Assembly: GCA_963762565.1 (NCBI GenBank)
Contig: CAVXLD010000006.1
Location: 1 to 59,298 of the forward strand
From: an uncultured Verrucomicrobiae bacterium
GTDB lineage: Bacteria; Verrucomicrobiota; Verrucomicrobiia; Chthoniobacterales; JAFAMB01
Reading direction: 5' to 3'
DNA length: 59,298 bases
Made by a program: the position numbers and the translations under genes. The notes beneath the pieces are model-generated. The model did no database searches. It saw only the letters and a program-made list of their open reading frames with translations, and had not been told where the DNA came from. Positions within the stretch are counted from its first letter, which is position 1, and each line of letters begins with the position of its first letter. Below, in pieces: positions 50,432 to 59,298 of the stretch.

Positions 50432-50665
50432 TGGCGAGGTGCGCTCCGATACGCTGGTAGGGCGAGGCTCCAAAATGTGAAGTGGTCGCCGGCGAATTTG
50501 TCCGCCTGATTTCGATCGCACCTGCGCGCGTTGCAACATGGCCGAGCCGCTGCGCCGCGCCACCCCCGGCTCGGCGATGCTGCGACACGTTCGGATGATT
50601 CACGTCAGGGGACGATTTTATCAGGGGTTGGCCACAATTTGGAGCCTCGCCCTACCAACTTTGCT

Positions 50666-51520
50666 ATGATTTCCAATTCCCTACTCCCTCTTGTCGAAGA
50701 CCTGAAAACCGTGCCTGGGATGCGCGCGATTGTGCTTGGCGGTTCTCGTGCCAGGGGCGGTGGGGACGAATCTTCTGACACTGATCTGGGGCTTTATTAC
50801 GATCCTCAAAGCCCGCTCTCGGTTACGATTCTGGATCAGGTCGCTGAGAAACATGACGATCGAAAGCAGTCAGGCCTGGTGACCGCGGTCGGCGGCTGGG
50901 GACCATGGATCAATGGGGGCGGGTGGCTGCGAGTCGGTGGTGCGGCGGTTGATCTGCTTTATCGGGACACGGTGAAAGTGGAATCGGTGATTGATGGTTG
51001 TCTCGTTGGGGATATCGAAGTGGTCTATCAGCCGGGCCATCCGTTTGGGTTCCTGTCTTCGATTTACGCGGGTGAGATCTCAGTTTGCCGGTCACTTTGG
51101 GACCCGGCTGGTTGGGTAGCGAGCAATAAGGGCCGGCTAATCGATTACCCGGAGACACTTCGAAGAGAGCTGGTGAGACGATTCGGATTTGAGGCGGGAT
51201 TCTGTCTTTTGATTGCTGAGAAACCGGTTCGGCGTTCCGACGTCAGTTACGTCGCGGGTTGCGTTTTCCGGGCGGTGTCCTGCCTTTTTGTCGTGCTCTT
51301 CGCACTGAACCGAGAACATTGGCTGAACGAAAAAGGGGCGTTGAATCTTGCCGGCAAATTTCGAATCGTTCCGGTTCGGTTCCGTGAGCGGATCGAAGCG
51401 ATTTGGGGATCCGTGGTTAAGGATGCAGATTCGCTAGCCGGTGCGTTGGCGATGGTTCGTGAGCTCGTTGACGAAGTCCGAGCGCTGGCTCAGGGGGAGG
51501 GGCTTGCGTTCGGGCGGTAG
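50666..51520 (+). CDS. Nucleotidyltransferase domain protein (Pol-beta superfamily, DUF4037-like C-terminus)
   Basis: LGGSRARG..SDTDLGLYY; WGPWINGGGW; QPGHPFGF; NEKG. Confidence 0.88.
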   Translation: MISNSLLPLVEDLKTVPGMRAIVLGGSRARGGGDESSDTDLGLYYDPQSPLSVTILDQVAEKHDDRKQSGLVTAVGGWGPWINGGGWLRVGGAAVDLLYRDTVKVESVIDGCLVGDIEVVYQPGHPFGFLSSIYAGEISVCRSLWDPAGWVASNKGRLIDYPETLRRELVRRFGFEAGFCLLIAEKPVRRSDVSYVAGCVFRAVSCLFVVLFALNREHWLNEKGALNLAGKFRIVPVRFRERIEAIWGSVVKDADSLAGALAMVRELVDEVRALAQGEGLAFGR

Positions 51521-51745
51521 GGCGAAAATCTCGGCGCGCTCATGTCGTCATTGAGAGGAACGTTAAACGCGCCGGATTTGAGCCGCGCCGTGCGGCCGGC
51601 ACCAATCAAAAAATCGTCCTGAACCCAGCGCATGTGTTTTGCAACACCGTGGGGGAAACCAAGTCCACGGCGCGGCTCAAACCCGGCGCGATCGACCGTA
51701 ACGGCGTAGCAACGTGCAAGCTGCGCCGAGGTTTTCGCCCTACCG
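51515..51745. repeat. Family B element; its GTAG supplies the upstream gene's TAG stop
   Basis: All four conserved blocks present. Confidence 0.9.
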
Positions 51746-51859
51746 ATCCTGGGCCGTCGCCAAAACCGACAGGCCTCCAAGGGCTTTGACCACGGCACGA
51801 TCCTCTTTAGCTTACGGTCCGGACCCGGTGTCAGGACCGACGCCGGGATTTTACTTTCC

Positions 51860-52351
51860 GTGGATACAGAACAAAAACCTCAAAGTCCCTCTCGCTCGAA
51901 GAGACCGCTCTTCTTTGTTCTCGCTCTGCTCAGCCTTTGCATCGGAGCTGCAGCCGGGTATTGGGGGCTTCATCAACGGTATGTACCGCCGGAGGCGATC
52001 GCAACGGCGGAACGATTTCTTTCTCTGGTGAAAGCAGGGAATTTCGCCGAAGCCTACTCGCTTACGACACAGGATGCGTTGTCGGGGCGGACAGAGGAGC
52101 AGTTCGAAGCGAATGTGCATCGCCGGATCGGTTCAGTCCTGAGTAACGAAAATTCGACCGCGGAATGGCTCGGGGTGCGCAATGGTTTTCAAACCTATGG
52201 AAACCGACTGCGACGTTGGGTTGCCGGCAGGAAAATCGATCCTGATAGCTTAAGCTTGGAATTTAGCGTTCCCTCTCCTTTAGAAATCCGTCTGGTCTTG
52301 TCGCCGGAAGGAAAATGGAAAGTCTCTTACTTCCAGGTCCACGCGGAGTGA
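51860..52351 (+). CDS. Membrane-anchored hypothetical protein (possibly NTF2-like)
   Basis: N-terminal TM; AERFLSLVKAGNFAEAY..GKWKV pattern. Confidence 0.75.
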   Translation: MDTEQKPQSPSRSKRPLFFVLALLSLCIGAAAGYWGLHQRYVPPEAIATAERFLSLVKAGNFAEAYSLTTQDALSGRTEEQFEANVHRRIGSVLSNENSTAEWLGVRNGFQTYGNRLRRWVAGRKIDPDSLSLEFSVPSPLEIRLVLSPEGKWKVSYFQVHAE

Positions 52352-52491
52352 TTTACGAGCTTTTCGCTAGTTACTCCGCGTCGCTCAATTGGGTTACTCA
52401 GACATTACTCCAAGGTTTTAATACTCCATTACTCCTTATTTCTTTTTGATGCTCTGGATTCTGGTTTCCGACTCTGTAACGTTTTAGCCGT

Positions 52492-53544
52492 ATGGAATAT
52501 CGTCAGCTCGGACAATCGGGCCTCCGTGTCTCAGTGCTTACTCTAGGTACGATGACTTTTGGAGGCGAAAGCGTCTTTAGTAAGGTCGGCGCCACAGATG
52601 TGAAGGGAGCTCGCCATCAGGTGGATCTTTGCATTGAAGCGGGAGTAAACCTTTTCGACACCGCAAATATTTATTCGCACGGCTTATCAGAAGAAATTCT
52701 GGGCCAAGTCTTGGAAGGCCGGCGTGATCAGGTCTTAATCGCAACAAAATTTCGGATGGTCATGCGAGACGGTCCGAATGAAGGCGGCGCTTCCCGGTTC
52801 CATATCATCCGGGAATGCGAGGACAGCCTGCGCCGGTTGCGCACGGATTATATCGATCTCTACCAGATCCATGAATGGGATGGAGAAACGCCGCTGGACG
52901 AGACATTAGAAGCGCTGGATACGCTCGTTCGTTCGGGCAAGGTCCGTTATATTGGTTGTTCGAATTACTCCGGCTGGCACCTGATGAAGGCACTGGCGAT
53001 TTCTGACCGGCGCAATTACGTGCGATATGTCAGCCAGCAGATCTATTATTCATTGCAAGCGCGAGATGCAGAATACGAGCTGGTGCCGATCTCGTTGGAT
53101 CAAGGGTTAGGGATCTTAGTCTGGAGCCCGTTGGCGGGTGGTCTGCTGTCCGGCAAGTACCGGCGCGGCCAATCGGGTCCGGAAGGTTCACGCCACCTGA
53201 ATAATTGGGGTGAGCCGCCGATCCACGACGAAGATCAACTCTATAACATCATCGATGCGCTGATTGAAATCGGGAGCAACCACAAAGTTTCGGCCGCGCA
53301 AATTGCTTTGGCCTATCTGCTAGGACGGCCAGGAGTCACTTCACTCGTTATCGGAGCCCGGAGCGAGGAGCAGCTCAAAGACAACTTAGGAGCGGCTAAC
53401 GTTAAACTAACCGCCGAAGAACGTGCGCGTCTGGATAAGGTCAGCCAGCCGAGATTGTTGTATCCGTACTGGCATCAGGCAAAGACCGCTAAAGAACGGC
53501 TTAGCGCGGCGGATCGGTCATTGCTGGAGCCGTTTATACAGTGA
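52492..53544 (+). CDS. Aldo/keto reductase
   Basis: LGTMTFG; FDTANIY; IATK; DYIDLYQIH; WSPLAGG. Confidence 0.96.
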   Translation: MEYRQLGQSGLRVSVLTLGTMTFGGESVFSKVGATDVKGARHQVDLCIEAGVNLFDTANIYSHGLSEEILGQVLEGRRDQVLIATKFRMVMRDGPNEGGASRFHIIRECEDSLRRLRTDYIDLYQIHEWDGETPLDETLEALDTLVRSGKVRYIGCSNYSGWHLMKALAISDRRNYVRYVSQQIYYSLQARDAEYELVPISLDQGLGILVWSPLAGGLLSGKYRRGQSGPEGSRHLNNWGEPPIHDEDQLYNIIDALIEIGSNHKVSAAQIALAYLLGRPGVTSLVIGARSEEQLKDNLGAANVKLTAEERARLDKVSQPRLLYPYWHQAKTAKERLSAADRSLLEPFIQ

Positions 53545-53700
53545 GCGTTAGCGAACGGTAGCAGGGCCGGAAGCGCGCCAGCGGCTGTCGGGTGGAGCGG
53601 AGCAAAGTAATCAGTAACCAGTAAGACAGTAATCAGTAGGTTCGTCCTTCCTTAACCGCTTCACCCGCTCGTTACTGATTACTGATTAGTGACCTAATGA

Positions 53701-53823
53701 TCACTTCCGTATCAGTTGTGGCACTGGATCTCGGTTTCGAGTGGACCGGCCTACGGTCTGAGTGTGCAAAAGTTCGGTCCGAGCGGGGCTGTCCTCTTGG
53801 GATTTGCTTACGGTCCGTTCTGA
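53701..53823 (+). pseudogene. 3' remnant (40 codons plus stop) paralogous to the C-terminus of 54619-55422
   Basis: Manual translation SLPYQLWHWISVSSGPAYGLSVQKFGPSGAVLLGFAYGPF*; 18/40 ungapped identities; in-frame TGA immediately upstream. Confidence 0.85.
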
Positions 53824-53983
53824 TCGGTTGTTTGAGATTGTCTTGGGCCGTTTTTGCGCGCAAGGCGCAAGGGCGGCCGGATGCTGCCTCGGCTCGGTCA
53901 CCCAGCCCTGGCGAAAGCTAAAAGCATTGTGTTTTCGATGTCTTTAGCCATAATTCGGGCGTCCGCGGAAACTGATCGTTTCG

Positions 53984-54493
53984 ATGATTCCCCTTTCACT
54001 TCGGCCGATGATAATGCTCGGGGCGGGCGTGGTAGTCGGTCTGCTGATCGCGTGGGGATTCTTCGGACGATTTTCAATCGGATCACTTAATGCAGCTGGT
54101 ACGCCGGCCGCAACGCCCAACCAGCTCGGAGTCGAACCGGCCGTTTCAACCACCCCGAGCGCGACCGCGGAAACCGCTGTCGTTGAAGCAAATCCGTCGC
54201 CGTCTGCATCCTCGAGTTCCTCGCTAACGACTCAGCCAAATGGGCTGCCTTTGGGAGTGACCAAGGATGCACTCAACTATAACAAGGAGATTTATAATAA
54301 GTATCCTGGGCTGCAACCTCCGGTAATTAATACCGACGGCCGCAACCTTGGAACAGAGGCGACCCAACGCATAGAAGGGCCGCTAAACATGCTTCCGTCT
54401 CCAGGGGCGAGTACGGGGATATCACCTGGTCCCGCGCCCTTTCCTTTCCAAAACGGAGGCGCTCGTCCGTCTCCGGTGCCTTCCGCTCAATAA
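53984..54493 (+). CDS. Single-TM, Pro/Ser/Thr-rich hypothetical protein
   Basis: TM helix, low-complexity linker, short ordered YNKEIYNKYPGL segment. Confidence 0.75.
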   Translation: MIPLSLRPMIMLGAGVVVGLLIAWGFFGRFSIGSLNAAGTPAATPNQLGVEPAVSTTPSATAETAVVEANPSPSASSSSSLTTQPNGLPLGVTKDALNYNKEIYNKYPGLQPPVINTDGRNLGTEATQRIEGPLNMLPSPGASTGISPGPAPFPFQNGGARPSPVPSAQ

Positions 54494-54618
54494 CCCCGGG
54501 AGATGTTAGTTAGTGTCCACTTGATGAACTGTCTGATTGACTTCGCCAGCTCGACTCCGGCATGATCCGGGCCGACTTAGTTGTCGCCCTCCGCGAAGAG
54601 AAAACAACTATACTCATT

Positions 54619-55422
54619 ATGAAAAACTTAGTTAGCGCAACGCTAGTCGCCGCCGCTGCAATCGTCGGATTGACTTGTCAGGAAGCACATGCGTCTCCCT
54701 TTCCTGCTGTAATCCAGAGTTTTGTACCATTCGCTCAATTTCTGAACCAGAGATCGGAAGATGGGCCCGATGGAAACAACCGGTTTATATGGGACTATGT
54801 TGACCTTACTACGCAAACCTATTCGGGGTCAGCCCTTTGGATTTTGGATCCGACCGGGAATGCCGTCGGCGCCGGAAATGTAACTGTTCCTGCAAGTGTC
54901 GGTGGATTCCAGCTTGGCGCAGGCTCATTTTCGAATATCGCGCTTCACGTTAGTTCCACTAACAATACTACGCTGGCCTTCGCTTTCGTGTCTAAGGATG
55001 CCACCTCGACAACGCCGGCAGTCGTTACTTCGTTTGGCACCTGGACCTATAACGCCCAAGGAAATTTGATCGCCTTTAGTGGACCTACCGGTTTCAACGG
55101 TCTTCAAATTGTGAACATTGCGTTTCAGAAAGACTTCGTGGTGGTGACGTTTCTTCCATTGGGCCAATCACCGTTCGACTTTAATACGGGGCCGTACACG
55201 GTTTGGGTGTTGGACCAGTTTGGCAACCTCGTGTCCGCAGCCTCGCAAGGGGCGATCACTAATGCGGCGCTTGGATCCGTAACTCTGTCTGGATCTACCG
55301 GTGCGCCCAATACGTTATGGCACTATATCGCTGCCGCTAGTCCGGGTGAGTACTTCCTGGGTTTGATAGAATTCAGTCCGAGCGGTGCGATCTTGAATAC
55401 CCCCTCTTACGGTCCGTTCTGA
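54619..55422 (+). CDS. Secreted beta-rich protein with four W-x-x-[DN]-x-x-GN-like repeats
   Basis: Signal peptide ending AHA; ALWILDPTGN, TWTYNAQGN, VWVLDQFGN, IEFSPSGA. Confidence 0.85.
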   Translation: MKNLVSATLVAAAAIVGLTCQEAHASPFPAVIQSFVPFAQFLNQRSEDGPDGNNRFIWDYVDLTTQTYSGSALWILDPTGNAVGAGNVTVPASVGGFQLGAGSFSNIALHVSSTNNTTLAFAFVSKDATSTTPAVVTSFGTWTYNAQGNLIAFSGPTGFNGLQIVNIAFQKDFVVVTFLPLGQSPFDFNTGPYTVWVLDQFGNLVSAASQGAITNAALGSVTLSGSTGAPNTLWHYIAAASPGEYFLGLIEFSPSGAILNTPSYGPF

Positions 55423-55483
55423 TCGGTTGCTCATTCGCTCCTGTGCTCCAGGCGCAGGAGCGATGGGGCGACGGCTACCAAAA

Positions 55484-56095
55484 CTATTCTAAATACTTCG
55501 CTAGCCGTTCCCTTAACTCGGCTCGGGCGCGAAACAGGATGCTCTTGACGGCAGGGACGGTCGTCCGCATCACCCGGGCGATCTCCTCGTAAGGCATCTC
55601 TTCATACCGGCGCAGAATGATGGCCATGCGCTGGGATTCAGGTAAATGGTTGATTGCTTCCTGAATCGCAGATTGAAGCTCTTCTTCCAGCAAAGCCTGG
55701 TCCGGCTCGTGAGCGGTTCGTTCGGCCGGTTCTGTTACAACATCCGCAGGTTCGGCGAAATGTTTTCTTCGCCGCATTTCATTGAAAACGAGGTTACGGG
55801 TGATTCTGAACAACCAGGTGGTGAACTTGGCTTTTGGCGTGTACCGCGGCGCGGATTTCCAGATTCGAATGAAGACCTGCTGCGCCAGATCTTCCGCTTC
55901 CGTATCGGACCCCAACATTTTGGTGATGGTCCCAATCACTCGGGCCTGATGAGCCTCGACCAGCAAACGGAAAGCTTCCATATCGCCGTCCTTGATTTGC
56001 CGCATCCATTCAATTTCCGGTTGGACCGGTTCGGTAGTGGGCAGCAAATCGTTGGCTAGTCTACTGTCTCGCATAGGGCGTTGGGCGAGGCTCAT
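55484..56095 (-). CDS. ECF sigma factor (SigE/SigW-like), no adjacent anti-sigma
   Basis: AEDLAQQVF; FTTWLFRITRN; YEEIARVM..VKSILFRAR. Confidence 0.95.
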   Translation of the reverse strand: MSLAQRPMRDSRLANDLLPTTEPVQPEIEWMRQIKDGDMEAFRLLVEAHQARVIGTITKMLGSDTEAEDLAQQVFIRIWKSAPRYTPKAKFTTWLFRITRNLVFNEMRRRKHFAEPADVVTEPAERTAHEPDQALLEEELQSAIQEAINHLPESQRMAIILRRYEEMPYEEIARVMRTTVPAVKSILFRARAELRERLAKYLE

Positions 56096-56169
56096 GGTAT
56101 GCAGATACGGGATAAGGGCAAAGAATTAACCGCGAATGGACACGAATGGATACGAATGAAAACTTAAAA

Positions 56170-56200
<31 letters not shown>

Positions 56201-56589
56201 AACCTTAACCGCGATGGACGCGAGTGTACGCGAAGTAGATCAGAAAAGACTAAATCCGAACCGCAGATGAATCCGCGGCCGCTCCGCTTTGGCGCGACTA
56301 GCTCCGATTGACGCAGATAGTTTCGGCTTCGGCTATGATTCATCTAAAAAGTGCCAATCGTGGATTTCTGGTCGTGTTATTCTTCCTACCGCGAAATCCG
56401 GGGCGATCTCGAGGTGCGACCCCTAAAATCAGCAAAATTCCCCTGACCTTGAACGAAGGAACTGAACTCATCTGCGTAAATCGGAGCTTGTCGCGCCAAA
56501 GCGGAGCGGCGGCGGATTCATCTGCGGTTGGTGTTCGGTTTTTGGGTCTGTTCGCGACCTTTCGTGTGCATTCGCGGTGAATTAAGGTT
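56201..56589. repeat. Long nested inverted repeat (about 390 bp), preceded by 9-10-mer arrays at 56128-56198
   Basis: AACCGCAGATGAATCCGC..GCTCCGCTTTGGCGCGAC..CCGATTGACGCAGAT mirrored at 56470-56529. Confidence 0.88.
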
Positions 56590-56655
56590 GCAACGATAGA
56601 CGCATTGCCGGTTCTTAAGGTTGCTGGTGTTAATGGAGTGTGCCAAGCTCAGATT

Positions 56656-57792
56656 GTGAAAAGTTTCACAAGGTCGCGTTTAGTTTCGAGATCGCTTTCT
56701 CATTTGTACGAAAAAGTGTCCGCCGGTGAACGGATTACTGAAGAGGACGCCGTTACACTCTTTCGTTCAGGTGATCTAAATTCATTGGGCCAAATCGCGA
56801 GCATTGTTCGCCGGCGCAAAAACGGCAACCGAGCGACCTATATTCTGAATCGATATATCAATTACTCGAATATCTGTGTTCTCTCGTGCCAATTCTGCGC
56901 TTTCGGCGCGCGTAAAAGGGATCCCCATGCCTTCGAAATGGCGATCCCCGAGATCGAAGCCGCTATGGCTGAGTCTGTGCGGCAAGGGGTCACCGAGGTG
57001 CACATGGTGGGAGGGCTCCATCCGACTTTGCCTGGCGAATGGTATATCGAACTTATTGAAAAGCTGCGCGCTCTCGATCCCAACCTTCATATTAAAGCTT
57101 TCACCGCGATTGAAATCCGGCACCTCGCAGAAAGGATCTTTAAGCTCCCCATTCAAGAGACGCTCGAGACTCTACGCCGGGCCGGCTTAAATTCATTGAC
57201 TGGAGGAGGCGCGGAAATATTCGATCCAGTTGTGCGGGATCGGATCTGTCGCGGCAAAGAAACCGCTGACGAATGGAAAGACGTCCATCGGATCTGGCAC
57301 GGCATGGGAGAACGAAGCACCTGCACGATGCTCTTTGGACATATCGAGACGATCGAGCAGCGGGTCGACCATCTTCGTCAATTACGGGAACTTCAGGATG
57401 AGACTCACGGGTTCACCGGGTTCATTCCTTTTTCCTTTGTGCCGGAAACGACGGAACTCTCGCATATCCGCGCGGCCTCGGCAGTAGACCAGCTTCGGAC
57501 TTTGGCGGTAAGCCGGATCTATCTAGATAATTTCGACCATCTGACCGGGTATTGGATCGCCCTGACTTTACCAGTGGCGCAGGTTTCACTTGCGTATGGA
57601 GTGGACGATCTTCACGGTACCTTAAAGGAAGAAAAGATCTTTCATATGGCCGGGTCAAAGACGCCCCAGGAACAGACGGTCGATACCCTGGAAAGGACGA
57701 TCCTGGAGGCGGGATATGAACCCGTCCAACGGGACAGCTATTATCGGCCGATCAATGGGTTGGCTCGCTCGGTGGAACCGGTGTCCGCGTGA
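56656..57792 (+). CDS. mqnE: Radical SAM aminofutalosine synthase (futalosine menaquinone pathway)
   Basis: INYSNICVLSCQFC; VHMVGGLHP; KAFTAIE; GGGAEIF; EEKIFHMAG. Confidence 0.88.
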   Translation: MKSFTRSRLVSRSLSHLYEKVSAGERITEEDAVTLFRSGDLNSLGQIASIVRRRKNGNRATYILNRYINYSNICVLSCQFCAFGARKRDPHAFEMAIPEIEAAMAESVRQGVTEVHMVGGLHPTLPGEWYIELIEKLRALDPNLHIKAFTAIEIRHLAERIFKLPIQETLETLRRAGLNSLTGGGAEIFDPVVRDRICRGKETADEWKDVHRIWHGMGERSTCTMLFGHIETIEQRVDHLRQLRELQDETHGFTGFIPFSFVPETTELSHIRAASAVDQLRTLAVSRIYLDNFDHLTGYWIALTLPVAQVSLAYGVDDLHGTLKEEKIFHMAGSKTPQEQTVDTLERTILEAGYEPVQRDSYYRPINGLARSVEPVSA

Positions 57793-57834
57793 GGCGAAGG
57801 GGCGAAACGGCGAATGGGCGATGGGGCGCGGGGT

Positions 57835-58054
57835 CGGTAGGGCGAAAATCTCGGCGCGCCCCTGACAAACCATTTCTATCGATGTTTACGCGCCGGATTT
57901 GAGCCATGCGTGCGCCTGCAACGTCGAGGCGCATAATCGTTTTCAGGACAATCGAGCCGGCGAGGTGGCAACCCCACGGCACGGCTCAAATCCGGCGCGC
58001 GTACACGTAGTCTGAATGGTCCGTCCTCGGCGCGCCGAGATTTTCGCCCTACCG
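57835..58054. repeat. Family B element, near-identical inverted copy of 4328-4550; flanked by octamer arrays (57793-57825, 58057-58158)
   Basis: Manual alignment: about 3 substitutions and 3 indel nt over about 240 bp. Confidence 0.95.
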
Positions 58055-58170
58055 ACCATTCGCCCTATCGCCCTATCGCCCTATCGCCCTATCGCCCTAT
58101 CGCCCTATCGCTTTATCGCCCATTCGCCCATTCGCCCATTCGCCCATTCGCCCATTCGCTCTCCCCCCTC

Positions 58171-58357
58171 CCGGCAAAATTTGCCGGTTTGAAAACGGCA
58201 AGATTTGCAAATGCTATCTTCGGACCGGCAAAAAATGCCGATCCTTCCTTGGACGTTAACGCGCCCACAAACTAAATTTAAAATTTAAGGGACTGATAGT
58301 GAGGAGGATAGGTTCATATTTGGCATCTGCTACCGATATCGCGGCATAGCGGGTGCT
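58171..58357 (+). promoter_or_regulatory. Candidate sigma54 promoter with three upstream enhancer-like palindromes
   Basis: CCGGCAAAATTTGCCGG (58171), CGGCAAGATTTGC (58196), CGGCAAAAAATGCCG (58226); AT-rich tract 58268-58288; CGGCATAGCGGGTGC (GG-N10-GC) at 58342. Confidence 0.6.
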
Positions 58358-58441
58358 AAGGGCTGGGATCGGACGGAATCACACATTGATGTCTAAGACG
58401 GCATTTAACCCCCAGGTCCTGATTTTTCTGGCGTAACCGCG

Positions 58442-58846
58442 ATGGAAACTCATTCAGAGTGGGACCAATTAGTGAACGCGCTGCGGGAAGAATTGCAGGA
58501 GAAGGGCGGACTACTCCAATTTCTTAATCAGCAGACAGAAGTGCTTTACCTGCGTCTTCCGGATGAAAATCGGAGACTGGAAGAACAGATCCGGACGCAG
58601 ATTCTGGTGGCATCCGGGTGTACCCGGAAGCGCGAGCTTGCACTTAGGGAGATCGCATCCCGTATGGATTTAGCAGACGGCAATAATCCTTCCGAAATCA
58701 TTGTCAGATTTCCGGAATACGTACAGCCCCTGCTAGAAGCATTGTTCAGCGAAGTCGAACGGCTTAGTGGACGAATGGAAGAAAGGTTGAGGCAAAATCA
58801 ACAGTTGAAGACGCGCTTTTTTTCCGAGTCAGCGTCCGCGGTGTAA
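58442..58846 (+). CDS. FlgN-like flagellar export chaperone
   Basis: All-helical 134 aa; LVNALREELQE..LL..LNQQ..L and C-terminal LRQNQQL pattern; next to csrA. Confidence 0.65.
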   Translation: METHSEWDQLVNALREELQEKGGLLQFLNQQTEVLYLRLPDENRRLEEQIRTQILVASGCTRKRELALREIASRMDLADGNNPSEIIVRFPEYVQPLLEALFSEVERLSGRMEERLRQNQQLKTRFFSESASAV

Positions 58847-58906
58847 GAAACCTCTAATGCTTAACGACGGGTTGAACAGAAAAGACAAAGTAGAAAGCAA
58901 AAAAGG

Positions 58907-59152
58907 ATGCTAATTCTGTCAAGAAAAGTGAATGAAGGTATCGTAATCGGCGATAACATTCACATTAAAGTCACTCGGATCGACGGCGATGCCGTTAAGA
59001 TCGGAATCGAGGCCCCCAAAGAGATACCGATTTTCAGAACCGAAATCTACCAAACGAACCATCGGTTGGTTCGAAATAAGACCGAGGGCGCGGCTGCGCT
59101 TCCGAGTCGGACCGATATGGTTCGGCTAGAGGAAAAAGCCCCCGTGGTCTGA
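58907..59152 (+). CDS. csrA: Carbon storage regulator CsrA
   Basis: [37 protein letters not shown]. Confidence 0.96.
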   Translation: MLILSRKVNEGIVIGDNIHIKVTRIDGDAVKIGIEAPKEIPIFRTEIYQTNHRLVRNKTEGAAALPSRTDMVRLEEKAPVV

Positions 59153-59215
59153 CCGCCTGCAAGTTTATGCTTGCAGTTTACCGGCGCGCGATTTCATTCG
59201 AGATCCTGGTCGCGC

Positions 59216-59298
59216 GCCGATGTGGCGGAATGGCAGACGCAACGGACTTAAAATCCGTTGGATCGAAAGGTCCGTGCGGGTTCGAGTCCCGCCATCGG
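59216..59298 (+). tRNA. tRNA-Leu (anticodon TAA), 3' end cut by the window edge
   Basis: GCCGATG acceptor; ACGGA-CTTAAAA-TCCGT anticodon arm; long variable arm; GGTTCGAGTCC. Confidence 0.96.

Noticed and set aside
50666..51520. MNT-HEPN toxin-antitoxin or CBASS-type defence gene
   Set aside because: Single gene with no partner toxin or effector; it resembles the common stand-alone DUF4037-type nucleotidyltransferases.

Overview
A housekeeping-rich, GC-rich bacterial chromosomal window. It is most likely from Verrucomicrobiota (Chthoniobacterales-like); this is inferred from gene style (short HemA, futalosine-pathway mqnE, ccsA-hemA-hemC-cobA/hemD), not from a search. It carries about 52 CDS (mscL, dsbD-like/redoxin, ftsH, gap-pgk-tpiA, RND efflux pair, xseA, glgB, TetR/Ohr/PadR stress modules, lemA/TPM, rpsU, heme operon, apt, mqnE, flgN-like, csrA) and three tRNAs (Val-CAC, Met-CAT, Leu-TAA cut by the window end). 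No transposase, integrase, CRISPR or phage gene was seen. The unusual signal is intergenic. Most large spacers hold non-autonomous palindromic elements from at least five REP-like families starting with GTAG, GTGG or GGAG. Three of these families have 'stretched' hairpins: the conserved stem halves enclose variable loops of near-fixed length (29-31 nt, about 70 nt, about 36 nt). The elements are nested inside inverted arrays of 6-10-mer tandem repeats and are invaded by a further small element. They also supply stop codons or terminal extensions to several genes. One 220-bp element occurs as two near-identical inverted copies 53 kb apart. Other hidden features are an unannotated 40-codon remnant paralogous to a secreted repeat protein, a candidate sigma54 enhancer/promoter upstream of an isolated flgN-csrA pair, an orphan antitoxin, and a 17x7-bp microsatellite in a TetR-controlled leader.
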